Below are positions 8,585-18,319 of a stretch of DNA of 64,000 bases, in pieces. The position numbers and the translations under genes were made by a program. Origin of the DNA: Obrimoposthia wandeli (taxonomy: Eukaryota); NCBI GenBank assembly GCA_977020255.1, contig CDROCS010001089.1, positions 310,001-374,000 on the forward strand, in the 5' to 3' direction. The notes beneath the pieces are model-generated. The model searched no databases and had not been told where the DNA came from. It was given only the letters and a program-made list of their open reading frames with translations. Position 1 is the stretch's first letter, and every line of letters begins with the position of its first letter.

Positions 8585-9298
8585 TCAGCCAACCAGCATC
8601 GAACCTAACATTCCCAACACAAAACCTAATATAGCGCCCATTGGCGGCAACCAGTGTTTTTCTAAACTAACTTTAGGCGCTATATCTTGAAAAATTGAAT
8701 ACAAAATTCCTCCTGCTGCGAACAACATAAGGGCTGAAATACCACCTGTCGCATCCGCTAAATAAACAAGACCGATTACGGCAGCGATAGGTCCCATAAA
8801 AGCCATTGCAAAGAATAACAGAATTATTTTTTTAGTTTGATAGTGACCACTACTACGTAACTCTCGGTAGGCGTTAAACCCTTCTGGGATGTTTTGTAAG
8901 CCAATTAACAGCGCCAATAACAACGCGCTTTCCCGGTGCAAAATAAACGTTGCTCCAAGAGCAATCGACTCAGGTATAAAATCTGTCAGCATTGCCGCCA
9001 ATTGGCTTGCAGGTGTGTTTAGCTTAAATAGCAGGATATCTAGTGCCATAAAGCCAAAGCCACCAGCAATAAAATAGGCACTTGCCCATAGCGGATCAAG
9101 ATTAGCAATTCCATGTGGCACCAATACTAATGCCACCGCAGAGAGTAAAGCGCCCCCACCAAACGCCATAACACCATGGCGAAACTCTTGCTCTAGCCAA
9201 TCAGCACGAATATGTTCAAACCTGGCTATGAGTGCTCCTATTGGCATCGCCACTCCAGCTAAAAAAGAGAGCAAAGTTACGGTTAACATAGCCGTCAT
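8585..9298 (-). CDS. ZIP (ZupT-like) family divalent metal transporter
   Basis: Hydrophobic 237 aa; FGGGALL, DFIPESIALG, GLQNIPEG, FAAGGILY motifs of ZIP transporters. Confidence 0.75.
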   Translation of the reverse strand: MTAMLTVTLLSFLAGVAMPIGALIARFEHIRADWLEQEFRHGVMAFGGGALLSAVALVLVPHGIANLDPLWASAYFIAGGFGFMALDILLFKLNTPASQLAAMLTDFIPESIALGATFILHRESALLLALLIGLQNIPEGFNAYRELRSSGHYQTKKIILLFFAMAFMGPIAAVIGLVYLADATGGISALMLFAAGGILYSIFQDIAPKVSLEKHWLPPMGAILGFVLGMLGSMLVG

Positions 9299-9505
9299 AT
9301 TCGTTTATCCGATAATGCCTGTTCCTGCGAATAAGCTTGAATAGTTGCTAGGAAAAATACCTGCAAGAAGCTAAAACGGCCCTTCTTACTTATATAGTTG
9401 GATAAAAAGTCTTCAAGAAAATAATATTTTAATGACATACACACTCAATTTTGTTATTTAAGTAATTGCTATAAAATTTTAATACTATGGGGAAGCATAC
9501 CGCTA

Positions 9506-10309
9506 TTGTCATCTATCATTAGTAATGAAGCAATTATTCGCATCTGCATTTTCGGGGCGTTTATCTTATTATTTTTTAGCTGGGAAAGGTTAGCTCCTTG
9601 GCGTGTAGTCTCTGAAAACATGCTGCAACGCAGGTTCACCAATATCAGTTTAATGCTTATCAGCACATTTTTTATGCGCTTACTATGGCCTGCACTTACT
9701 ATCTCCACTGCATATTGGGCCCAATCTCAACAAATAGGCCTCTCATACTTCATCAACTTACCTATATTTATCAGCGCTATTGGCTGCTTTATCTTATTCG
9801 ACCTGTTCATTTATCTGCAACATATGCTGCTGCATTTAGTGCCCTTTTTTTGGCGCTTCCATCGAGTGCACCATTTTGATACCCACTTAGATGTCACTTC
9901 AGGTGTACGCTTTCATCCTATTGAGGCGGTTTTTTCACTATTGCTAAAAGCGCTTATTATTTTAGTGTTAGGTGCGCCGGTCATCACCGTGATTTTATTT
10001 GAAATCACCCTCAACGCGTTGTCTCTTTTTAATCATGCCAATATTAAAATACCGCTTAAGCTAGAGTACTATTTACGTTTTTTATTGGTAACTCCCAGTG
10101 TCCACCGCGTTCATCACAGTGTTGAAATAGTAGAGCACTCTCATAATTTTGGTTTTAACTTCTTAATTTGGGACAAGTTATTTAATACTTATTTAGCACC
10201 CTCTAACGATACTAATAAAAGTTTGGTATTTGGTCAAAAAGATTTATCTAACGGGCCAAGCCCCGCTTCGCTATACCAAATGCTGAAACATCCATTCAAC
10301 AAAAGCTAG
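9506..10309 (+). CDS. Sterol desaturase/fatty acid hydroxylase family membrane protein
   Basis: His boxes YLQHMLLH, FHRVHH, FNHAN, HRVHH and NFGFNFLIWDKLFNT. Confidence 0.85.
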   Translation: MSSIISNEAIIRICIFGAFILLFFSWERLAPWRVVSENMLQRRFTNISLMLISTFFMRLLWPALTISTAYWAQSQQIGLSYFINLPIFISAIGCFILFDLFIYLQHMLLHLVPFFWRFHRVHHFDTHLDVTSGVRFHPIEAVFSLLLKALIILVLGAPVITVILFEITLNALSLFNHANIKIPLKLEYYLRFLLVTPSVHRVHHSVEIVEHSHNFGFNFLIWDKLFNTYLAPSNDTNKSLVFGQKDLSNGPSPASLYQMLKHPFNKS

Positions 10310-10551
10310 CTAAGCTTTATTCACAGAGACCATCATTTTCACATTGATACAAGTGACTATACTAGTGGATATATTACTCAAAATTCACTTAGTATAATTT
10401 GTAATACTCAAATCTAGGCTTAAAATCGGCATCGCTCGCTAACAGTTGCTACTTAGACAGTTTGTTGCAAGTTTATAACTTATTTCAGCTTACATTACGT
10501 TCCCTTAAAGGTAGTATGTAATGCTGAGTCTAAAGGTGAAATATTGTCTAT

Positions 10552-11283
10552 ATGATGGAAAATAAAAAAATATACGTTGTAGACGACGATCCAGAAATTG
10601 GGAAACTGTTGCAAACTTACCTCAATAAAAATGGTTTTCAGGTTGCTTGCGCTATTGATGGTTTAAGTTTTCTGGAAGTTATTACACATAATCCTAGTTA
10701 TGATTTAGTGGTACTCGATATCATGCTGCCCGATATTGATGGTTTTGAAGTTTGCAGACGTTTGCGAACGTTCAGTCAAATCCCAGTCATTATGCTCACA
10801 GCCAACTCCGATGAAACCGATCGTATTATTGGGCTAGAGCTAGGGGCCGATGATTACTTGGCGAAACCTTTTAATCCTCGAGAGTTACTAGCACGCATCA
10901 AAGCCATTTTGCGTCGTTCAAGTGCACAAGAAAATCCTGTCATCAGCAAGCGTTACTATCAATTTGCTGGCTTTCAGCTTGATATTACCTGTCGTGAACT
11001 ATTAGATGAACAGGCGAATAAAGTGACCATAAATGGCTCAGACTACGAACTACTGATTCTTTTTTTGCAAAGCCTTGGGGACACGCTCTCTAGAGAAGTT
11101 ATTGCCGATAGCACCCGCGGGCGAGAAGCAGCGCCCTTAGATCGCTTTGTTGACATGCATGTTAGCCGCTTACGTAATGTGCTCAGAGAAGATGCTAAAA
11201 ACCCTGTCATTATTAAAACGGTGCGCGGTAAAGGCTACGTCCTTACGGTTCCGGTAGAACACACCGATGTTTCAATTTTTTAA
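10552..11283 (+). CDS. OmpR family response regulator (GltR-like)
   Basis: VVDDD, LDIMLP, GADDYLAKPFNPRELLARI receiver; winged helix IKTVRGKGY. Confidence 0.9.
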   Translation: MMENKKIYVVDDDPEIGKLLQTYLNKNGFQVACAIDGLSFLEVITHNPSYDLVVLDIMLPDIDGFEVCRRLRTFSQIPVIMLTANSDETDRIIGLELGADDYLAKPFNPRELLARIKAILRRSSAQENPVISKRYYQFAGFQLDITCRELLDEQANKVTINGSDYELLILFLQSLGDTLSREVIADSTRGREAAPLDRFVDMHVSRLRNVLREDAKNPVIIKTVRGKGYVLTVPVEHTDVSIF

Positions 11284-12742
11284 ACAGATTCTTAAGCACA
11301 TAAAAAGCCCCAAATCCCTTAACCAGCGCATCATTTTTATGATGGCGGTAGGGGTAGTACTAGCGCAACTGATTAGCAATGGTATTTGGACGGCGCAGTG
11401 GCGCTCTGATTACCAAAACCGCGTCGCCGGTATGTCAGTTGCCATGGCTAATAGAGTAACCTCTACGGTGCGTTTTTTTGTAAAGCTGCCCAACTCATAT
11501 CGCCATTTAGTGCTCGACCAATTACGCGATATGGGTGGTACCCGTTTTTTTGTGACCCTCAACCAAGAAAAAATTCGCTTAGAAGATGTTGTCGACTCTC
11601 CTGCCAAAACCATTGTTATAGATGCTTTTAATAAAGCATTACAAAAAGAGCTCGGTAACAAAACCCCGATTAGCATCACTTTTTCCTTACCCGATGACTT
11701 AAAAGTCATTAATAACCATACCAAGCTTTCTGATTTACCCGAGCGCTGGGGTCACCAAACCTTGATGCTAGCGCCCTATAATGCACCCATCTTAGTGGTG
11801 CAATTTCCAATTAACGAGCACGAATGGCTGTACGTTGCCACTATCATCCCTAGCTTGTTACTAGAAGATAGCGGTTCACCACTGTCATCTGAAAGAGTAA
11901 TTTCGCTGCTAGTATCACTACTCACGGTGATGCTAATTGGCATTTGGGGGGTGCGCTACATCACCCGCCCTATCCGGCGTTTAGGGCGTGCAGCATTGCT
12001 CGTTGGCAGAGGAGAATCATTATTAGTCCCTGTGCGTGGCAGCAGTGAAGAACGTTTAACGGCGCAGGCATTTAATGATATGCAGCAGCGTATTCAACGC
12101 TATTTAGACGATCGCGAGCGCTTATTTGCCTCCATTTCTCACGATTTAAAAACGCCTATCACCCGCTTGCGCTTGCGCTCTGAATTACTAGAAGAAGATG
12201 CCACTAGAGAAGCTTTTTGCCGAGATTTAGAAGATCTTGATTTAATGGTAAAAGGGGCACTGCAAAGTGTAAGTGATACTGACATTCACGAAAATCAAAC
12301 CGCAGTTGATATCAGCCGCTTACTTCAACACTTTGCCGAAGATGCCAAAATTGCCGGGCAAGTACTCATCATCAATGGCGATGTCGTCAACCGCTTTATC
12401 GGCAGACCTTTGGCACTCAAACGCTGCATCGGCAACTTGCTAGACAATGCGTATCACTATGGTTCTATCGTTAGTGTGCACTTACACTTAAGTGATCAGC
12501 ATTTGATTTTCGAAATCTGCGACAATGGCCCTGGTATCCCCGATGCCAATATCAAACAAGTATTTAAACCCTATACTCGGGTGTCACCTCAGGCCGGGCA
12601 TGACGGAGGCATGGGTTTAGGACTGTCAATTGCGCGTAATATTGCCAGAGCGCACGGCGGAGATATTTCACTATCAAACATCATCCCTAAAGGCTTAAAG
12701 GTAACCTTGAAATTACCGTTATCAGCGTCAGAAATAATTTAA
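11267..12742 (+). CDS. HAMP-domain sensor histidine kinase (GtrS/GltS-like)
   Basis: Two TM helices, periplasmic VLDQLRDMGGTRFFVTLN segment, SISHDLKTPITRLRLR H-box, NLLDNA, DNGPGI, GMGLGL; overlaps the regulator by 17 nt. Confidence 0.88.
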   Translation: MFQFFKQILKHIKSPKSLNQRIIFMMAVGVVLAQLISNGIWTAQWRSDYQNRVAGMSVAMANRVTSTVRFFVKLPNSYRHLVLDQLRDMGGTRFFVTLNQEKIRLEDVVDSPAKTIVIDAFNKALQKELGNKTPISITFSLPDDLKVINNHTKLSDLPERWGHQTLMLAPYNAPILVVQFPINEHEWLYVATIIPSLLLEDSGSPLSSERVISLLVSLLTVMLIGIWGVRYITRPIRRLGRAALLVGRGESLLVPVRGSSEERLTAQAFNDMQQRIQRYLDDRERLFASISHDLKTPITRLRLRSELLEEDATREAFCRDLEDLDLMVKGALQSVSDTDIHENQTAVDISRLLQHFAEDAKIAGQVLIINGDVVNRFIGRPLALKRCIGNLLDNAYHYGSIVSVHLHLSDQHLIFEICDNGPGIPDANIKQVFKPYTRVSPQAGHDGGMGLGLSIARNIARAHGGDISLSNIIPKGLKVTLKLPLSASEII

Positions 12743-12808
12743 GCTGCTTTGATCAACTCACGCACCAAGGCCTCTTTCTTGACTCTTTAAAAAAAAACTC
12801 CTAGCATG

Positions 12809-12846
12809 GTGCGTAAACCGCACAGTTTGTTCGATAATCGCACAAA
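12809..12846. promoter_or_regulatory. Tandem PcaR/PcaU/PobR-type IclR operator boxes
   Basis: GTTCGATAATCGCAC at 12829-12843 (within TTTGTTCGATAATCGCACAAA) equals the PcaR/PcaU-type consensus as I recall it; second palindrome GTGCGTAAACCGCAC at 12809-12823. Confidence 0.75.
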
Positions 12847-12967
12847 AGCTTAATCATCACACCTCTGTTCGGTTAAATAGTGTAAGCATTACCATGCATT
12901 AATGTGCTGTTGCCTCTTATGGCTAAAGAGGCAACCTTGCGAGAAACAGTACTGGTTGTTATTTACA

Positions 12968-12980
12968 AATCAATGAGTTA
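12968..12980 (+). promoter_or_regulatory. IHF-consensus site
   Basis: AATCAATGAGTTA matches WATCAANNNNTTR, about 55 nt upstream of the acyl-CoA dehydrogenase start. Confidence 0.4.
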
Positions 12981-13033
12981 AATAACAATATACATTAACC
13001 TAATAGTAGTAAAATAAACACAAGGTGTTAACT

Positions 13034-14191
13034 ATGGCGCTTGATCAAGAAACCTTACAGCAGTTTATCAACACAGTACGCCGTTATGTACACCAGCGCT
13101 TAATTCCTTTAGAAGCGCAAGTTGCTGAACAAGATTACATTCCTGAAGAAGTTGTTACTGAAATGCGCGAGATGGGCCTATTTGGCTTATCTATCCCTGA
13201 GCAATACGGTGGGCTTGGTTTAAGTATGAGCGAAGAAGTCGCCATCATCCAAGAAATGGGTTACACCTCTCCGGTATTTCGCTCAGTGTTTGGCACTAAC
13301 GTTGGTATCGGCTCTCAGGGGATTGTGATTGATGGTACTGATTTACAGAAAGCGCATTACTTACCACTACTTGCCAGTGGTGAATTAATCGGATCATTCG
13401 CGCTCACTGAACCTGAAGTTGGCTCTGATGCGGGTGCCGTAACCACCAGCGCTAAGCTCGAGGGCGACAATTATATTATCAACGGTACTAAACGTTTTAT
13501 TACCAACGCCACAAGAGCTGGGCTGTTCACACTGATGGCTCGCACGGGTACTAAAGAAGAGGCTAGTCGTGGGGTTTCCGCTTTTTTAGTTGATAGCCAT
13601 CTGCCGGGGATATCACTCGGTAAACCCGATAACAAAATGGGCCAAAAAGGTGCGCATACTTGTGATGTCATTTTTGATCAAGTGGTAGTGCCAAAATCTG
13701 CAATTATTGGTGGCGTAGCTGGGCAAGGTTTTAAAACGGCCATGAAAGTTTTAGATCGCGGCCGTTTACATATCAGCGCTTTAAGCGTGGGTACCGCAAA
13801 GCGCTTAATCGACGAGAGCTTGAAGTTCTCCACCTCACGCCAGCAGTTTGGCAGCGCCATCAGCCAATTTCAGTTAATACAAGCGATGCTCGCGAATAGC
13901 CAAACAGACTATTTCGCCGCAAAGTGCATGGTTGAAGCAACCGCTACGGCTTACGATGCACAAGCCAAAGTCACGATGAATGCAGCCAGCTGTAAGCTGT
14001 TCTGCACAGAAATGGTGGGCAAAGTTGCCGATAATGCAGTGCAAATACATGGCGGTTCAGGTTATGTAAGTGATTATTGTGTAGAACGTTTTTATCGTGA
14101 TGTGCGCTTGTTTCGTTTATATGAAGGCACTTCGCAAATTCAACAGCTGGTAATTGCCAAGCAGATGATTAAACAATTTCAGGAGGTTTAG
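13034..14191 (+). CDS. Acyl-CoA dehydrogenase
   Basis: GLFGLSIPEQYGGLG, FALTEPEVGSD, NGTKRFITN, QFGSAI..FQLIQ, QIHGGSGY, RLFRLYEGTSQIQ; AAGGT RBS 7 nt before ATG 13034. Confidence 0.93.
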   Translation: MALDQETLQQFINTVRRYVHQRLIPLEAQVAEQDYIPEEVVTEMREMGLFGLSIPEQYGGLGLSMSEEVAIIQEMGYTSPVFRSVFGTNVGIGSQGIVIDGTDLQKAHYLPLLASGELIGSFALTEPEVGSDAGAVTTSAKLEGDNYIINGTKRFITNATRAGLFTLMARTGTKEEASRGVSAFLVDSHLPGISLGKPDNKMGQKGAHTCDVIFDQVVVPKSAIIGGVAGQGFKTAMKVLDRGRLHISALSVGTAKRLIDESLKFSTSRQQFGSAISQFQLIQAMLANSQTDYFAAKCMVEATATAYDAQAKVTMNAASCKLFCTEMVGKVADNAVQIHGGSGYVSDYCVERFYRDVRLFRLYEGTSQIQQLVIAKQMIKQFQEV

Positions 14192-14194
14192 AGC

Positions 14195-15418
14195 ATGGCT
14201 GGTCCGTTGACGGGTATTCGCGTATTAGATTTATCTAGAGTATTAGCGGGGCCTTGGAGCACGCAGATTCTTGCAGACTTAGGCGCACAAGTTATCAAGA
14301 TTGAGCGCCCAGGTGTTGGCGATGATACTCGCCAATGGGGACCACCTTGGCTTAAAGATAGCGAGGGAAATGAAACGGCTGAATCCGCGTACTTCTTATC
14401 TACTAACCGCGGCAAACATTCAGTCACCGTTGATATTAATAATGAAGAAGGTCGAAAACTGGTTCATGAGTTAGCCCAAAAAAGCGACATTATCGTGGAG
14501 AACTTTAAAACAGGCTCCTTAGATAAAAAAGGCTTAGGTTACGAGACGTTATCAGCTAATCACCCAGGGCTTATTTACTGCTCTATCACCGGTTTCGGGC
14601 ACACAGGCCCAATGGCAAACGACGCCGGTTACGACTACCTAATTCAGGGCCAATCGGGCTTGATGAGTATTACTGGTGTTGCTGATGGCGATCCAGGTGC
14701 TGGCCCGCAACGCGTGGGCATGGCCGTATCGGACTTAACGACCGGCATGAATGCAACTATCGCTATACTGGCCGCGCTGCATCACAGAAACAGCACAGGA
14801 GATGGCCAACACATTGATATGTCACTACTTGATGTGCAAGTTAGCTGGTTAGCTAACCAAGCTCAGAATTACTTTTGTAGCGATAAAGCGCCTTCTCGCA
14901 CTGGCGAATACCACCCCAACCTCGCGCCTTATCAACCTTTTCCCACGGCTGATGGCCAAGTCATTATTGCCATTGGTAACAACAGTCAATTCCAGCAGTT
15001 TTGTAATCTCATAGAACAAAGAGAGCTCGCAACCCAAACACGCTTTGCCACCAACCCTGAACGTGTTAAGAATAGAGTAGATTTAGTGGCTATTATGTCT
15101 GCTATTACCCAACAGCAAACGAGCAAGTATTGGGTAGAGTTACTTTCCACAAATCACGTACCTTGCGGCCCTATTCAAAACATTGCGCAAGCTTTTGCCG
15201 ATCCACAGGTACAAGCACGTGAAATGCAGGTTGATTTACAGCACCCTCAAATAGGCACTGTTAAAACCGTGGCCAATCCGATAAAATTTTCTAAAACAAA
15301 ACAAGAATACAACAAAGCCCCACCGATGCTTGGCGAAGACACCCGCGATATACTTAAGGAAGTGCTACACAAAGACAGCGCTGAAATAGATATTTTATTT
15401 GCTAACAAGGTACTTTAG
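14195..15418 (+). CDS. Class III CoA-transferase (CaiB/BaiF family)
   Basis: GIRVLDLSRVLAGP, LGAQVIKIERP, NRGKHS, VENF, AGYD (catalytic Asp), PPMLGEDT. Confidence 0.93.
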   Translation: MAGPLTGIRVLDLSRVLAGPWSTQILADLGAQVIKIERPGVGDDTRQWGPPWLKDSEGNETAESAYFLSTNRGKHSVTVDINNEEGRKLVHELAQKSDIIVENFKTGSLDKKGLGYETLSANHPGLIYCSITGFGHTGPMANDAGYDYLIQGQSGLMSITGVADGDPGAGPQRVGMAVSDLTTGMNATIAILAALHHRNSTGDGQHIDMSLLDVQVSWLANQAQNYFCSDKAPSRTGEYHPNLAPYQPFPTADGQVIIAIGNNSQFQQFCNLIEQRELATQTRFATNPERVKNRVDLVAIMSAITQQQTSKYWVELLSTNHVPCGPIQNIAQAFADPQVQAREMQVDLQHPQIGTVKTVANPIKFSKTKQEYNKAPPMLGEDTRDILKEVLHKDSAEIDILFANKVL

Positions 15419-15427
15419 GAAGCATTT

Positions 15428-16189
15428 ATGCCTGATCAAATGGATAAAGATTTTTTAACGACCTTTGCACGTGGTCTTGAGGTAATCCGCTCATTTGATG
15501 CTGCGTCCCCTAGCATGACTTCAACGCAAGTGGCTGAAAAAAATGGCCTATCTAGGGCCTCTGCACGGCGTTTTTTACTCACTTTGCAAAAGCTTGGCTA
15601 TATGAGTTGCGATGCTAAAAACTTTAAACTAACCGCCAAGGTGTTAGACCTTGGTTATGCTTATTTATCATCACTTAATTTTTCAGACACGCTTTCTCCT
15701 TTCCTGGAAAGCGTTACCCATCAATTAGAAGAGTCGTGCTCAGCCACCGTTTTGGATGGGCAGGAGGTGGTTTATATTGCACGTATTCCAAGGCGCGGCT
15801 TAGTGCCTATCAGCTTACAAATCGGTGCACGACTCCCTGCTTTTGCTACCTCTTCAGGACGCGTTTTATTAGCGGCATTAAGTGAAACACGATTAGAGCA
15901 GTTTTTGCAGCAGCTAAATTTCACACAACACACTGCCTACACTTTACCCGCAGCTTCTTTACTTGCGAAAATACAACAAGTACGAACACAAGGTTTTGCT
16001 ATTATCGATCAAGAGTTAGAATTAGGAATGCGAGCAGTATCTGTTCCTGTATACGATAGAAGCCATCAAGTGCGTTTCGCTATTAGTATCAGTTGTCACG
16101 TTTCCTCTTATAGTATTGAAGAAATCGAACAGCAGTTTGTCCCGCTTTTGCAATACACAGCCCTGCAAATATCTGACGCTTTATCTTAA
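15428..16189 (+). CDS. IclR family regulator, PcaR/PobR subfamily
   Basis: FARGLEVIRSF...GLSRASARRFLLTL HTH; GARLPAFATSSGRVLLA; DQELELGMR. Confidence 0.88.
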   Translation: MPDQMDKDFLTTFARGLEVIRSFDAASPSMTSTQVAEKNGLSRASARRFLLTLQKLGYMSCDAKNFKLTAKVLDLGYAYLSSLNFSDTLSPFLESVTHQLEESCSATVLDGQEVVYIARIPRRGLVPISLQIGARLPAFATSSGRVLLAALSETRLEQFLQQLNFTQHTAYTLPAASLLAKIQQVRTQGFAIIDQELELGMRAVSVPVYDRSHQVRFAISISCHVSSYSIEEIEQQFVPLLQYTALQISDALS

Positions 16190-16459
16190 AGCGTTATTTT
16201 GGCACTCAACACCTATATAAACACTTGCTTATACATCAGCTTAAGATTAAATTTAAATTCTTGCTTAGAAAGTGACCTATGCTTTTCTGCGCTCCTAAGC
16301 AAGAATTTTAATCAATAACGTTCCATGATATCCATCACTTTGCTGTTTTACTCATTTGTATTTAGCCTAGAAAACAACGCTTAATACGCGGCAATTTTTC
16401 AACGAGCTTGTTTTCTATTAACCTGATATATCAACTGATCTTTATTACTCAAGGAAGAA

Positions 16460-18217
16460 TTGCTTGTGAAAAAAACACTTACCTCCTCATCAATGTATTT
16501 AAGCTCTGCCCTATTTGCACCACTCACAATACTAATAGCTATCAGCGCTTCTACTGTCATCGCGGCACCTAGTGCGATACTTGAAGGCCAGCGCAGTCAC
16601 CCTGTGGAATTCAAACAAGGTATGGTTGCTACTAGTCACAAACTAGCCACTGCGGTTGCTTTAGATATTTTAGAAAAAGGTGGCAATGCTATTGATGCCG
16701 CCGTAACGGCAGGTTTCGCTTTAGCGGTCACTCAGCCGCGCTCAGGTAACATTGGTGGCGGCGGATTTATGTTGATTTCATCAGAAAAAAAAGATGAAGT
16801 CGTAGCGGTAGATTATCGTGAAAAAGCACCTAAAGCTGCTTATGAAAAGATGTTCCAAGATGATGAGGGAAACGTAGTTAAAAAACGTAGCCGATTTAGC
16901 CATCTATCAGCGGGAGTTCCAGGCACTGTCGCAGGACTGTTACTCGCTTTAGACAAGTACGGTACTATTTCACGCCAACAAGCGCTTGCACCTGCCATCA
17001 AGCTTGCTAAAGAAGGGTTTATAGTACCACTGCGTTTCAGCAAAGGGCTCAAACAACGTCAAGAGCGCTTGTCAAAGTTTGCATACGGGCGCCAGCTATT
17101 TTACAAAGCCGATGGGAGCTTTTATGAGGCGGGAGAGGTATTCAAGCAAGCGGATTTAGCTAAAACGTTGCAACTCATTTCTGATCAAGGTCAAAAAGGG
17201 TTTTACGAAGGTGAAACAGCTAAGCTGATCATTGATGATATGCAAAGCAATGACGGTATCATGACTTTAGAGGACTTAAAGACCTATCAGCCTAAAGTCC
17301 GCAAACCGGTGAAAGGTACTTATCGCGGGTACGATATTTTCTCTATGTCCCCGCCGAGTTCAGGCGGTGCACACGTTGTGCAGATACTAAATATTTTAGA
17401 AGGCTTTCCAGTTAAAGAATACGGTCATAACTCCGCTCAGACTATTCATGTTATGGCTGAGTCAATGAAGCGTGCTTACGCAGATCGTGCAGAATACTTA
17501 GGAGACTCAGATTTCGTCAAAGTACCGCTGGCAGGTATCACTTCTAAAAAATATGCTGATAAGTTAAGACAAAATATCAGTTTGGATAAGGCGACTGTCA
17601 GTAGTACCTTAAAAGCTGGTAATCCTGTGGGTTACGAAAGTAATGAAACTACGCACTTCTCGATCGTCGATAAATTTGGCAATGCGGTATCCAATACCTA
17701 CACGATAAACTTCAGTTATGGTTCTGGTATTTCAGTGCCCGGTGCGGGTTTTCTATTGAACAACGAAATGGATGATTTCAGCGCTAAGCCTGGTGTCGCC
17801 AATGCCTATGGATTATTAGGCGGTGCTGCAAACAAAGTAGAGCCTGAAAAGCGCATGCTTAGCTCTATGTCGCCAACCATTGTAAAAAAAGAGGGGAAAA
17901 ACTTTTTAGTTACGGGTAGCCCAGGTGGCTCAAGAATAATCACCACCACACTACAAGTATTAATGAATGTGATTGATCATGGTATGAATATTCAAGCGGC
18001 GGTAAGTGCACCCCGTATTCATCACCAATGGTTACCTGATGAGATTAGAGTTGAGCAAGGCATCAGCGCAGATACTGTAGATCTGTTACAGAAAAAAGGC
18101 CATAAGGTAGTGCAAAAGTCCGCAATGGGCGCTATTCAAAGTATCATGGTTGTTGATGATACTTTTTACGGTGCAGCAGATCCAAGACGTAGCACTTCAT
18201 CGGCAGACGGTTTCTAG
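16460..18217 (+). CDS. ggt: Gamma-glutamyltransferase, exported type
   Basis: Signal peptide; GGNAIDAAV, GNIGGGGF, DYRE, NETTHFS (catalytic Thr), NNEMDDF, SSMSP, GSPGGSRI, ADPRR. Start may be GTG 16466. Confidence 0.93.
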   Translation: MLVKKTLTSSSMYLSSALFAPLTILIAISASTVIAAPSAILEGQRSHPVEFKQGMVATSHKLATAVALDILEKGGNAIDAAVTAGFALAVTQPRSGNIGGGGFMLISSEKKDEVVAVDYREKAPKAAYEKMFQDDEGNVVKKRSRFSHLSAGVPGTVAGLLLALDKYGTISRQQALAPAIKLAKEGFIVPLRFSKGLKQRQERLSKFAYGRQLFYKADGSFYEAGEVFKQADLAKTLQLISDQGQKGFYEGETAKLIIDDMQSNDGIMTLEDLKTYQPKVRKPVKGTYRGYDIFSMSPPSSGGAHVVQILNILEGFPVKEYGHNSAQTIHVMAESMKRAYADRAEYLGDSDFVKVPLAGITSKKYADKLRQNISLDKATVSSTLKAGNPVGYESNETTHFSIVDKFGNAVSNTYTINFSYGSGISVPGAGFLLNNEMDDFSAKPGVANAYGLLGGAANKVEPEKRMLSSMSPTIVKKEGKNFLVTGSPGGSRIITTTLQVLMNVIDHGMNIQAAVSAPRIHHQWLPDEIRVEQGISADTVDLLQKKGHKVVQKSAMGAIQSIMVVDDTFYGAADPRRSTSSADGF

Positions 18218-18319
18218 CTAGCTCATAATCACAACTAGTTAACTGAGCACAACTTTACTAATTAATCAGTAAAGTTATGCGTCTTAGTTGCATAGATAGA
18301 AATCACATGTTCAGGCTAA

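Noticed and set aside
12789-12797. A9 homopolymer upstream of the PcaR boxes as a phase-variable tract
   Set aside because: Short A runs are common in this genome's spacers (another near 8170); no evidence of length variation.
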